Shown one piece after another: positions 19,030-28,698 of a stretch of 64,000 bases of DNA (the stretch's first letter is position 1; each line of letters begins with the position of its first letter). The DNA is from Bryobacterales bacterium (lineage in GTDB: Bacteria; Acidobacteriota; Terriglobia; Bryobacterales; UBA6623): NCBI GenBank assembly GCA_965219585.1, contig CBDCOA010000003.1:1642593-1706592 (forward strand). The letters run 5' to 3'. A model generated the notes under the pieces. It was not told the origin of the DNA, made no database searches, and saw nothing but the letters and a program-made list of their open reading frames with translations. Position numbers and translations under genes: made by a program.

Positions 19030-20088
19030 TCAGGCATCGCTAGCGCAGCGGAAGCCCAGGTTGGTAGTGGCGCTATCCGGCGTGTTGGACGTGCGCGCGG
19101 CCACGCGATAGCGGTTGCAGTAGGAAGCGTGGCACAGAAAAGACCCGCCGCGCATGATCCTGGCCGTCCCGTTGGACGGACCGACCGGATTGGAGCGCGT
19201 CGCGGTGACATGGTAGACCGGATCGAACCAGTCCGCGCACCACTCCCAGACATTCCCGGTGATGGAATAGATGCCGAATCCGTTCGGCGGAAACGCATCG
19301 ACGGGGCACGGGCCACGATAGCCATCCTCGCCCGTGTCGTGGTCTGGAAAGCGACCTTGCCAGACGTTGCACAGGTGCTTCCCCCCCGGTTCGAGCTCGT
19401 CACCCCATGGATAGAGCTGCTGTTCCAGCCCGCCGCGCGCGGCGAACTCCCACTCCGCTTCCGTGGGCAATCGCTTCCCGGCCCAGCGGCAATAGGCCAG
19501 CGCGTCCGCGTAGGAGATATGGGTGACGGGATGGTCGGGGCGCTGCTCAATGCCGGAATCGGGCCCCTCGGGATGTCGCCAGTCAGCGCCCTCGACCTTG
19601 CACCACCACTCGTGGCCGGCCACGGTGTCCTCGGCCAGATCTCGATACTGCTCGGCGGGCAGTTGCTTGTGGAACACGAACGACCAGCCGAAACGCTCCG
19701 CCTCGCTAACGTAGTCCGTGGCGCGCACGAAGTCCCGAAACGCCTCCACCGTGACCGGGTACCGGTCGACATAGAACGGATCCAGCAGCACTTCCCTGAC
19801 CGGGCCTTCCCCGTCAGCGGGGAAGCCCACCTCGGTCTCGGTGCCCATCAGAAAGCGCCCTCCGGCCATGCGACACATCTCGGCGGTCGAGGCCGCGCGC
19901 GCTACGGGCCGCGACTCCGACATCCTCCTGGACTCTGCCAGCCGCTGCGCCCTAGACACGCTTGGAACGCAGCACGGGCTCGGCGCGAACGGGAGCACGG
20001 GCAAGCTGGATTCGGTTCCCGGACTATCCTGGGCTGGCGCTCGCGAGTGGTGGTGCTGCACCGGCACGGCCGTAGGCGATTTTAACAC
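19030..20088 (-). CDS. Formylglycine-generating enzyme (SUMF1/FGE family)
   Basis: HPVTHISYADA, RLPTEAEWEFAARGG, GNVWEW, RGGSFLCHASYCNRYR with both catalytic Cys; true start may lie downstream of 20088. Confidence 0.92.
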   Translation of the reverse strand: MLKSPTAVPVQHHHSRAPAQDSPGTESSLPVLPFAPSPCCVPSVSRAQRLAESRRMSESRPVARAASTAEMCRMAGGRFLMGTETEVGFPADGEGPVREVLLDPFYVDRYPVTVEAFRDFVRATDYVSEAERFGWSFVFHKQLPAEQYRDLAEDTVAGHEWWCKVEGADWRHPEGPDSGIEQRPDHPVTHISYADALAYCRWAGKRLPTEAEWEFAARGGLEQQLYPWGDELEPGGKHLCNVWQGRFPDHDTGEDGYRGPCPVDAFPPNGFGIYSITGNVWEWCADWFDPVYHVTATRSNPVGPSNGTARIMRGGSFLCHASYCNRYRVAARTSNTPDSATTNLGFRCASDA

Positions 20089-20165
20089 GGTGATCCCCCA
20101 AATACTTGCCCGCGGCGGGGATACGCCAATCCTACGGAACGGCGAAGCGGCCGCGCAGCAATGAC

Positions 20166-21065
20166 TTAAGCTTCGCTCGCTGAAGCCGGCGCGTCTTCCA
20201 CGACCGCCCGCTCGCGGAGGCCGTCCAAGTACCTCTCGACCAGCTCCCTGCGCCGGTTCTCAAGGGCTTCTCGCGTCAGCTCGTCTTGGACTTCGGCGAA
20301 TGGACGCACCCCGGCGGCCTTGCGGTCGGTGAGCTTGACAATGTGGAACCCAAAGACCGTCTTGAATACCCCGCTGACCTCGCCGACCTGCATGTCGAAG
20401 ACGACGTCCTCAAACTCGCTCACCATCTTGCCCCGAGCGAAGTAGCCCAAGTCGCCGCCCCCTCCGGGGCAATCGGATTCCTCGTCGGCGAGCCGCTCGA
20501 AGGGCTCTCCGGACTGAAGGCGGCCGTAGATGCCCTCCGCGGCGCGCTTAGCCTGCTCCTCAGTCACGTCCTTCTCGATGTGCTTGACGATGTGGGACGC
20601 TCGCACCGTCTCCTCGGTGGTGTAGCGCTGCTTGTTGCGCCGGTAGGCTTGCGCGAGTTCCTTGGGCCTTGGCGCCCTGGCCTTCGCCGTTACCGATTCG
20701 ATCAGCCGCTCCACCTTGAGCTGGGTGCGGATATCGCCGCGGAGCGCGTCTTCGTTGACGCCCGCCTCGGCGAGCTTCTTCGCGCCGCCATACCGCTTGA
20801 GGGCGTCGGCGAAACGCTGCTCGGCGGCCTCTTCGTCGACAGGCCGGGAATCCGAGCAGGCCTGCTGCCGCAGCAGGATCTGTTCGATGAGGTTCTCGCG
20901 GCCCCACTCGATCGCGCGCTCCCGGATCCCCGCCTGGTCCAGGCCCATCTCCCCGCGCTGATCCGGTGACAACGTCTCCAAGCGCTGACGGACTGATTCG
21001 GCTTCGCGCGCCAGCGATTCGTCGGAAACCAGTTCACCGTTGACGCGGATCGGCATCGCGGCCAT
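20166..21065 (-). CDS. PpiC/parvulin-type peptidyl-prolyl isomerase (SurA/NifM-like)
   Basis: VRASHI, FERLADEESDC, GGDLGYF, FGFHIVK; start trimmed to MAAMPIRVNG. Confidence 0.9.
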   Translation of the reverse strand: MAAMPIRVNGELVSDESLAREAESVRQRLETLSPDQRGEMGLDQAGIRERAIEWGRENLIEQILLRQQACSDSRPVDEEAAEQRFADALKRYGGAKKLAEAGVNEDALRGDIRTQLKVERLIESVTAKARAPRPKELAQAYRRNKQRYTTEETVRASHIVKHIEKDVTEEQAKRAAEGIYGRLQSGEPFERLADEESDCPGGGGDLGYFARGKMVSEFEDVVFDMQVGEVSGVFKTVFGFHIVKLTDRKAAGVRPFAEVQDELTREALENRRRELVERYLDGLRERAVVEDAPASASEA

Positions 21066-21148
21066 TCTAGCGTGTGCTGCGGGCGGACCGCCGGGGAGCC
21101 GGCTGGCCTGGCCGGGGTTTGGAGGTGGCCCCAGGGACGCGGCGAAGT

Positions 21149-22489
21149 TCAAATGCCCAGCTCTTCAATGAAGCGCGTGTCGTAGCGGCCCTCTGCGAAC
21201 GCTGCAGTCTCCAGAATCCTGCGGTGCAAAGAGATCGAGGTCTTGATCCCATCCAGCCTGCACATCGACAGCGCGCGCTTCATGCGCTGGATCGCCTCGG
21301 GCCGGCTTGCGCCGTGCGCGGTGATCTTGGCAACGAGGGAGTCGTAGTAGGGCTGAACGGTCGAACCTGAGTACGCCGCCGTGTCGACCCTGACTCCAAT
21401 CCCTCCCGGCGCGGAAAAGTCATTGATCTTCCCCGCCGACGGCATGAATGTCTCGGGATCCTCGGCGTTGACGCGGCATTCGATCGCGTGGCCGCGCACC
21501 TCCACAGGCTGGGGCACGACCGAGTCGAGGGGCTCGCCCGCCGCCAGCAAGAGTTGGCTCTTCACCAAGTCGACGCCAGTGACGGCTTCCGTGACAGGGT
21601 GCTCGACCTGGATGCGAGCGTTCAGCTCGATAAAGTAGAGTTCCCCGTCCTCGTCCATCAGGAACTCGACCGTGCCGGCATTCGAATAGCCGATCGCGGA
21701 CAGCGCCTTGGAGAGGATCGCGGCCATCTCTGCTCGTCGGTCGGCGCCGAAGCCATTGGCCGGGGCCTCCTCCAGTAGCTTCTGATGTCGCCGCTGGATG
21801 GAGCATTCCCGCTCCCCCAGCGAGACCGCCTTGCCGTAGTTGTCGCCCAAGACCTGGAACTCGATGTGCCGGGGCCGCTCGACAAATTTCTCGAGGTAGA
21901 CCTCGCCAGCCCCGAACGCCGCCTCGGCCTCGGCTCGCGCCTGCTGGAACGCCCCTTCGAGGTCCTCGGCGCTGCGCACGATGCGCATGCCCCTGCCGCC
22001 GCCACCCATCGACGCCTTGAGAATCACGGGGAACCCGATCTCCTCCGCGTAGCCGCGCGCCTCCGAGGGGGACTGCAGCGGCTCCTGGGAGCCGGGCAGA
22101 ACGGGGATGCCTGCGTCCTGCGCCGCCTTGCGCGCCTGCGCCTTTTCACCCATCAGGCGAATCGCCTCGGGGCTGGGGCCGATGAACTGGATCCCGCAGT
22201 CGCCGCAGATTTCCGCAAAGTGCGCATCCTCGGCCAGGAAACCGTAGCCGGGATGGATCGCGTCCACGTTGGCAATTTCCGATGCGCTGATGATGGCAGG
22301 CACGCTCAGGTAGCTCTGGGAGCTCGGCGCCGCACCGATGCAGACTGCCTCGTCGGCATAGGTGACATGCAGCGAGTCGCGATCCGCCGTGGAGTAGACC
22401 GCGACCGTCTTCACGCCAAGTTCTCGGCAGGCCGCGATGACTCGCAGGGCGATCTCGCCGCGATTGGCTATGAGGACCTTTTCAAACAT
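21149..22489 (-). CDS. accC: Acetyl-CoA carboxylase biotin carboxylase
   Basis: IANRGEIA, HPGYGFLAE, GGGGRGM, ERECSIQRRHQK, ARIQVEH. Confidence 0.98.
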   Translation of the reverse strand: MFEKVLIANRGEIALRVIAACRELGVKTVAVYSTADRDSLHVTYADEAVCIGAAPSSQSYLSVPAIISASEIANVDAIHPGYGFLAEDAHFAEICGDCGIQFIGPSPEAIRLMGEKAQARKAAQDAGIPVLPGSQEPLQSPSEARGYAEEIGFPVILKASMGGGGRGMRIVRSAEDLEGAFQQARAEAEAAFGAGEVYLEKFVERPRHIEFQVLGDNYGKAVSLGERECSIQRRHQKLLEEAPANGFGADRRAEMAAILSKALSAIGYSNAGTVEFLMDEDGELYFIELNARIQVEHPVTEAVTGVDLVKSQLLLAAGEPLDSVVPQPVEVRGHAIECRVNAEDPETFMPSAGKINDFSAPGGIGVRVDTAAYSGSTVQPYYDSLVAKITAHGASRPEAIQRMKRALSMCRLDGIKTSISLHRRILETAAFAEGRYDTRFIEELGI

Positions 22490-22501
22490 GTCGGCGCGGC
22501 C

Positions 22502-22954
22502 CTAGCCGGCAGTAATGCGGAACAGAGGCTGGCCGAATTCCACGCCCTGGGCATTCTCGACCAAGCGCTCGGCGACCACGCCCTCGTACTCGCACTCGAT
22601 CTCGTTCATCAGCTTCATGGCCTCGATGATGCAGACCACCTGGCCCTTCTTCACGCGATCGCCGACCTCGACAAACGGGGGCGCTTCGGGAGAAGACGCC
22701 GCATAGAACGTGCCGACCATGGGGGACTCGATGAGCTGCCCGCCGGCGCTGGCGGCCGCCCGCGCCTCGCTCTCGGCCTTCGGTGCCGTTGCGGCAGTGG
22801 CCTGGGGAGGCGGCGCTGCTGCCACCGGTTGTCCACTTCGAGCCACGCGGACGCGAACTCCGTCGGCCTCGTACTCGACCTCTGTCAGCCCTTTTTCGTC
22901 GAGGATCCCAACGAGCGCTTCGATCGCCGCTCGGTCCAGCTTGGTTCTCGCCAT
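22502..22954 (-). CDS. accB: Biotin carboxyl carrier protein
   Basis: SPMVGTFY, IIEAMKLMNEI. Confidence 0.98.
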   Translation of the reverse strand: MARTKLDRAAIEALVGILDEKGLTEVEYEADGVRVRVARSGQPVAAAPPPQATAATAPKAESEARAAASAGGQLIESPMVGTFYAASSPEAPPFVEVGDRVKKGQVVCIIEAMKLMNEIECEYEGVVAERLVENAQGVEFGQPLFRITAG

Positions 22955-22973
22955 GTCGCTCCGATCTCAACCC

Positions 22974-24056
22974 CTACAACACGCGCAGCTCCCGCGGCGT
23001 GCCGGTCAACACTTCGCATCCGCCCGCAGTGACGGCCACCACGTCTTCGATCCGCACTCCGGCCACCCCCTCCAAGTAGACACCCGGCTCGATAGTGACC
23101 ACCATGCCCTGCCGCAAGCGCTGGCGCTGCCCGGGCGCAATGCGCGGACCCTCGTGGATCTCCAGTCCCAGGCCATGACCCGTGGAATGCACGAACAGCT
23201 CGTCAAGCCGGACGCCCCCCACGTGGGTCTTTTTCAGAACATCGCGCGCCCGACCGTCCACTGTCCTGCACTCTACGCCGGGACGGATTGCGTCGATCGC
23301 AGCCGCTTGGGCCTCTAGGACGGCTCGGACCAATGCTTTCTGTGCGGCGCCCGGATCGCCCAAGGCAATCATCCGGGTCATGTCGCTGCAATAGCCCCCG
23401 AGTATAGCACCTTGGTCCACCACCACGAGCGCCCCCGGCTCGATCCGCTGGTCGCGGGGCTCGGCATGGGGGCGGGCGCCGTGCTCCCCGCTCGCCACGA
23501 TGGTCGGGAACGCAGCGCCCTCCGCCCCGCGCTTGCGCATGGCGAATTCCAGTTCGGCAGCCAGCTCTGCTTCGCTCCAACGGGCGTCCAACCTGTCGAT
23601 GACATCTTCGTGGGAAGCAGAATTCAGCGCTAGCGAATCGCGGATGGCCGCGATCTCGGAAGCGCTCTTGGTCTGGCGCAGTTTCTCCACGACCGAGTCA
23701 ACGGGCATCAGCCGGCAGCGGGACAGTTCGGCACTGAAGTAGGCGTAGGTCCCGTAGTCAATGCGGTTGGCTTCGAAGCGCAAGCGCTTCAAACGCAGTT
23801 TCTTCGCTTCCGCCACCACTTCCGGACGCGCATCTCCGCGAGAGATGCGGACGGCGGCGGAACCGACCTGTTCCCTCGCCTGGGTGGAGTAGCGGCTATC
23901 GGTGAACAGCGTGGCCTCGTCCCTTGTGACCAACAGGTGGCCGGCGGATCCGGTGAAGCCTGTCAGGTAACGGATATTCGGCAGCGCGGAAACATAAAAG
24001 GGCTGGTCGCGTACGCGACTCCGCAGCGCTGCCAGCCGGCTCAAGTGGTCTTGCAT
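22974..24056 (-). CDS. Xaa-Pro peptidase, M24 family
   Basis: RYLTGFTGS, FPTIVASG, YCSDMTR, HSTGHGLGLEIHE, TIEPGVY, RIED. Confidence 0.95.
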   Translation of the reverse strand: MQDHLSRLAALRSRVRDQPFYVSALPNIRYLTGFTGSAGHLLVTRDEATLFTDSRYSTQAREQVGSAAVRISRGDARPEVVAEAKKLRLKRLRFEANRIDYGTYAYFSAELSRCRLMPVDSVVEKLRQTKSASEIAAIRDSLALNSASHEDVIDRLDARWSEAELAAELEFAMRKRGAEGAAFPTIVASGEHGARPHAEPRDQRIEPGALVVVDQGAILGGYCSDMTRMIALGDPGAAQKALVRAVLEAQAAAIDAIRPGVECRTVDGRARDVLKKTHVGGVRLDELFVHSTGHGLGLEIHEGPRIAPGQRQRLRQGMVVTIEPGVYLEGVAGVRIEDVVAVTAGGCEVLTGTPRELRVL

Positions 24057-24116
24057 CAGGCGTCAGCCGCGAGTTGCCGGCTTCCCTGCCAGCCCATCAT
24101 ACGGGCAACCGCGGCA

Positions 24117-26531
24117 TCACCGAAACAGACGCAGCCGCACGCTGGCGGCGAAGGGCTGGAGCACGCGGGTGCCGACGAACACCGACTGGAAGCTGTAAAG
24201 AGCCTCTCGATTCGTCAGGTTCGACACGTGGAACCCAACTTCCCACACGCGCCGGTCGGCGCGATAGTGCTCGTAGCCGAGAGAAGCGTCGATGATGGTA
24301 CGCGGCCGAATCCGCGGTGGATCGCCCGCCAGGTCGACATGCGGCAGCAGGTCGAAATAGTCGGGATCGGCTGCGACCTGCCGCGGATCGGAAGGATTGG
24401 ACACCAAGCCGCTGTCATAGCGCAACTGCCAACTCGTCCACCAGCGCTTCGCTGGGCGATAGATCACATTTCCGCTCATGCCCAAGGCTTGGTCGTGGTC
24501 GATCACGAAGGGGCCCTCAGACAGTGCGCCCAAGCTCGATCTGGCCAGGAACAGGCCTCCGGTGAATGGCGGAGTCACGATCGCTCGGAAGTGAGTCAGG
24601 CTCACAGAGCCCGAAACGCCGCGCCGCTCTGGCAAGACGATGCGCGCATCGACGCCATTCACCCGCGAGAATGCCAGCGAGGTGGGGAATACGATGCCCG
24701 TGTCGAGGAAGTTATCGTTGTCCTGGGGATTCGTCGAATTCTTGTGGTAGTAGGCGGCGTCGACCGACACGACACCCCCGATGCTCTGCTGCAGCCCGGC
24801 CTCGTACACGTTCTGGTACTGCGGCTGGATCGGAATCGATCCGCCGTTCAGGGACCTGCGCACGGCCGGGGGCGCGAGCAGGGCTGCCTGCTCCGAGTTC
24901 GCCAAGAGCAGGTTCTCATTGGGCGGCGTCTGGAAGTTGCGGTTGTAGGAAGCCCGCAGCACCGTGCCCGTGGACTCGATGTGGTAGGCCAGGCCGACCC
25001 GCGGCTGGAACTCGCTGTCGACCACGAGCATGGAATAGCGATCCAGCCTTAGGCCGAGGTCGAGCACGACGTTGCGCCAGCGCACGCGGTCGCGCACGAA
25101 CGCGGTCAGCAGCTGGCCCGAGGCGCTCCGTCGGAATCGGAAGCGCGCCCCTCCGCGGGTCAGGTCGAACGGCAGCAAGTTCGGGTTGAACTCACTCGAC
25201 TGGGGAACGTTCGCGAGCGGGTCAGTCAGGCCGAAGACGAAACTCTCCGACACCGGAAAATACTGGCCGTCAAGCCCCAGAGTGAACTGATGCGAGCCGC
25301 GCTGCCAGCTAAAGCGATTGAAGCTGGCCAGCGTCGAAAGCGACCGGGCCAGCTCCGCCGTGACGGGAGTGTCGCCCGGACTCGGCGTCAGGCGGCCAGC
25401 TGTCGTGCGAAACGACGTGGTGGAATCGAACGTGGCCATCGGCGCCAAGATCCGCACGTAGCCCAGCGAGACGGCCTGATCATCCAGCAGCCGCCTCTGC
25501 TGCTGGCCATTGGCGTGCTGGCTGCGCAGGTTGGCCAGTTGGAACGAAGACCGCCCGCCCATGGCCGTGATGCGGAACAGATCCCCTCTAGGGCGCTGCC
25601 AGTCCAGTCGCAGCGATCCGCGCTGGGCGTTGCCGCCATTGTGCAGGTTGTCAAACGACGGCGAGTCGAGAAATCGATTGGTCTTGACGCTGGAAATCGA
25701 CCCGAACCAGCCCAGCGTGCCGGTTGTCCCGCCGGCCTGCGCCGCCTGCGACAACGTGTCGAATCCCCCGCCCCCTAGGTCAAACTGCCCGAACGTGTGG
25801 CCGCCGCCGTCAAAGCCGGATCGCGTCGTCACCCGCGCAACGCCGGAGACCTTCGCGCCATATTCGGGCGGGATGTTGCCCGTGAACAGTTCCAGAGTCT
25901 CGACCAAGTTGGGGTCGATCGAGGTCGCGAACTGCCCGGAGAACTGGTCGCTGATGGGCATTCCGTCGATCACGTAGGTCATCTGGTTGTGGGCGCCGCG
26001 CGGATGGATCGAGCCGTTGGCGTTAGCGGCGAAGCCCGGGAAACCGAGCAGCACCGACTCCAAGCCCCTGGTGGCGCTACCGATTGGCAGCTTCTCGATG
26101 ATCAGCCGGCTGAGTTGGGCCTGTGTCCCGCTGGCCTCCGGGTCCAGCAGCGTGACGCTCGCGTTGGCACCAACGGATACCGACTCCAGCCGGGCCAACA
26201 ACTCCAGCTGGAGATCAACGCTCACCGGCACGTTGGAGCGCAGTTCCACACGGCGGCTTGACAGCCGAAATCCCGGCTGGGTGGCCCGCAACTCGTAAGC
26301 TTGGAAGGGAACGTTGGTGAAGCGAAAGCCACCCCGATCGTCAGCTGTGACCTCGCGCTCGAAGCCGGACACAGGATGGCTCAGCACCACGGCGGCTCCA
26401 GCTACCGCGGCACCGGAGGGATCGACGACCGTTCCGTTCAGCGTCGCGGCTGCCTGAGTGGCGCTCGCAGGGGATGCCGAAAGAAGAATTAGCACCAGCA
26501 AGATTTGATTCACTGTCATGCTGAAGTTCAT
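24117..26531 (-). CDS. TonB-dependent receptor with an N-terminal carboxypeptidase-regulatory-like domain
   Basis: Signal peptide, GTVVDPSGAAVAGA, plug motif VIDGMPISD...PPEYG...SGV, beta-barrel, C-terminal LRLFR. Confidence 0.9.
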   Translation of the reverse strand: MNFSMTVNQILLVLILLSASPASATQAAATLNGTVVDPSGAAVAGAAVVLSHPVSGFEREVTADDRGGFRFTNVPFQAYELRATQPGFRLSSRRVELRSNVPVSVDLQLELLARLESVSVGANASVTLLDPEASGTQAQLSRLIIEKLPIGSATRGLESVLLGFPGFAANANGSIHPRGAHNQMTYVIDGMPISDQFSGQFATSIDPNLVETLELFTGNIPPEYGAKVSGVARVTTRSGFDGGGHTFGQFDLGGGGFDTLSQAAQAGGTTGTLGWFGSISSVKTNRFLDSPSFDNLHNGGNAQRGSLRLDWQRPRGDLFRITAMGGRSSFQLANLRSQHANGQQQRRLLDDQAVSLGYVRILAPMATFDSTTSFRTTAGRLTPSPGDTPVTAELARSLSTLASFNRFSWQRGSHQFTLGLDGQYFPVSESFVFGLTDPLANVPQSSEFNPNLLPFDLTRGGARFRFRRSASGQLLTAFVRDRVRWRNVVLDLGLRLDRYSMLVVDSEFQPRVGLAYHIESTGTVLRASYNRNFQTPPNENLLLANSEQAALLAPPAVRRSLNGGSIPIQPQYQNVYEAGLQQSIGGVVSVDAAYYHKNSTNPQDNDNFLDTGIVFPTSLAFSRVNGVDARIVLPERRGVSGSVSLTHFRAIVTPPFTGGLFLARSSLGALSEGPFVIDHDQALGMSGNVIYRPAKRWWTSWQLRYDSGLVSNPSDPRQVAADPDYFDLLPHVDLAGDPPRIRPRTIIDASLGYEHYRADRRVWEVGFHVSNLTNREALYSFQSVFVGTRVLQPFAASVRLRLFR

Positions 26532-26532
26532 T

Positions 26533-26565
26533 TTTAGGCTAACCTAAATTTTGTTCTGCAGTCAA
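26533..26565 (-). promoter_or_regulatory. sigma70 promoter overlapped by a DtxR/MntR-like palindromic operator
   Basis: TTGACT (26565-26560), N18, TAGCCT (26541-26536); palindrome TTTAGG-CTAA-CCTAAA at 26533-26548. Confidence 0.6.
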
Positions 26566-27146
26566 TGTAATTCGTCCTTCCAGCGTGCAAGTTGTCGCGG
26601 CTTGCCATTCAGCTATCGGCATTTGTGCCGGACACGGTAAACATCAGCACCCGCCATATCGGACCGGATCGAACTCGCGACGCCCTGCATTCGCCGGACC
26701 GCGGTTTGGACATCTGCCAGTCGATTGCCGTTTCGCGGGCTCGAGGAGAATCGTTCCCGAGCAACGCGTGGACTCGGTCCGGGCGGGCGGTCCGGAACGA
26801 TCCAAGGTAGCCGTGCGGGAGTTTAGGACGGTACGCTTACCCCGTCGATTCCATGCCCACCTCGCCTAGCTGGGCCAGCGTGAAGAGGTTGATCGGGTTG
26901 CGAGTCCAGCTGTCCGGCCTAGCAGGCCTCGGCCTTGGGTTGCGCCTCACGCGACCACTGGACCGTCGGGACCAGCCTCCCGCAGGATCGGTGCCTAGTC
27001 TTGGTCGGTGACAACGACCTACGCCTAGTGGCGCCGCCTATGCGCAAGTTTCAGGGCGATCGCACAATTTTGGTCGAGTATTGCAGTAACAGTTGCGCAT
27101 AGATGGCGTATAACACGCTATAGGCGCAACCAAGGGAGATGCCTTC

Positions 27147-28553
27147 ATGAAGCGTATTGCCGAGGCGAATCTACAGGCAATCGAAGAGGTTGTACGAGGC
27201 CAGTCGGGCGGCACAACTGCAAAGCAGATCGCGGAAGGGCTCGATCCGTCACTGCCGCGCCGGACGCTCCAGTATCGTCTCAAGGCCCTAGTCGACAGCC
27301 AGCGGTTGACTGTCGAAGGTTCGGGGCGCTGGACGCGATATCGAATGCCGGCGACTGTCCAGTTGTCGGCCGAACCGCGCAGCGGAAGACCCACAGCGAG
27401 CGGACGCCTCTCCGCAATGAACCGGCTTTCCAAGGCAGGTGCCGCAGTTCTAGAGCAGGTCCAGTTGCCTCTCAATGAGCGCAAGCCCGTTGGCTATGAT
27501 CGGGATTTCCTCGACTCATATCGACCAAACCAGACCTTCTATCTTTCGGAGGTGTAACGAACTGAGCTTCGGAGAATTGGCTCGGCCGCGCCCGCTGAAC
27601 AGCCGGCGGGCACTTTCGCCAAGCAGATCTTGAGCCGACTGCTGATCGACCTCTCGTGGAACTCCAGCCGTCTGGAGGGCAACACCTATTCTCTGCTCGA
27701 TACGCAGCGCCTTATCGAAGCCGGGGAGGAAGCGGAGGGGAAGGGTGCATGCGAAACCCAGATGATTCTGAACCACAAGGACGCCATCGCGTTTCTTGTC
27801 GACGGGGCCGAGAAGATCGGGTTCAATCGCCACACCATCCTGAGCCTTCACGCCTTGCTGGCGGATAACTTGCTGCCGGACCCGGCAGCGCCAGGCCGGC
27901 TCCGCTACCGAAGCGTTGGCATCGGGGGCTCGGTCTTCCACCCGCTCGCGGCACCGCAATTGATCGAGGAGTGCTTCGACCTGGCTCTCGCGAAGATCTC
28001 GGCGATAGAAGACCCGTTCGAGCAGGCGTTCTTCACGATGGTGCAATTCCCCTATCTACAGCCATTCGACGACGTCAACAAGCGGGTTTCGCGACTTGCC
28101 GCGAATATCCCGTTCATCAAGGCGAACCTGTCGCCCCAATCGTTCGAAGAGGTCCTGCGCAACCAGTATTCCAAAGCTCTGCTGGGGGTGTACGAACTCC
28201 GGCGCCTCGAACTGCTGCGCGATCTGTTCGTCCGGGCTTACAGGCAGTCTGCCGCCCGCTATGCGGCTGTGCGCCAGTCAATCGGCGAACCCGACGCGCT
28301 CCGGATGCGATACCGCAATGCGTTGCGCGAGGTTGTAGCCGCTGTTGTGCGCGCGGCCATGGACAAGAAGCAGGCTGCCGCCCATGTCGCGTCATGGGCG
28401 GGCGAGCACATCGCGGAACCTGACTGCGAACGCTTTCGGTCCATCGCCGAGCGCGAATTGCTGAGCCTGCACCAAGGCAACTTCGCACGCTACCGCGTCA
28501 CGCCCTCAGAATTCGACATTTGGCATGGGGTTTGGATCCGGAAAGGGGCTTGA
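27147..28553 (+). pseudogene. HTH-Fic family gene interrupted by an in-frame TAA at 27555-27557
   Basis: ORFs 27147-27557 and 27630-28553 share a frame; read-through gives YLSEV*RTELRRIG...AKQILSRLLIDLSWNSSRLEGNTYS; Fic motif YLQPFDDVNKRVSR. Confidence 0.85.
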
Positions 28554-28698
28554 GCGCGACGCACCAGAGTGCAGCAGGCCTTGTAATTTGCATTTGCGAG
28601 CGAGAATGGTGGTATTGTGTTGGCGGGCAGTTTGGGCAGGCCGCGCAGCTTTGGGCGCCCGCTCAACTGCGAGAGTTGCGATTGTGGGGGGACTTTGC

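Noticed and set aside
26566-27140. Riboswitch (cobalamin/TPP) or gene upstream of the first TBDR
   Set aside because: No conserved riboswitch motifs recognised; the promoter appears to abut the start codon; the short ORFs have no recognisable motifs
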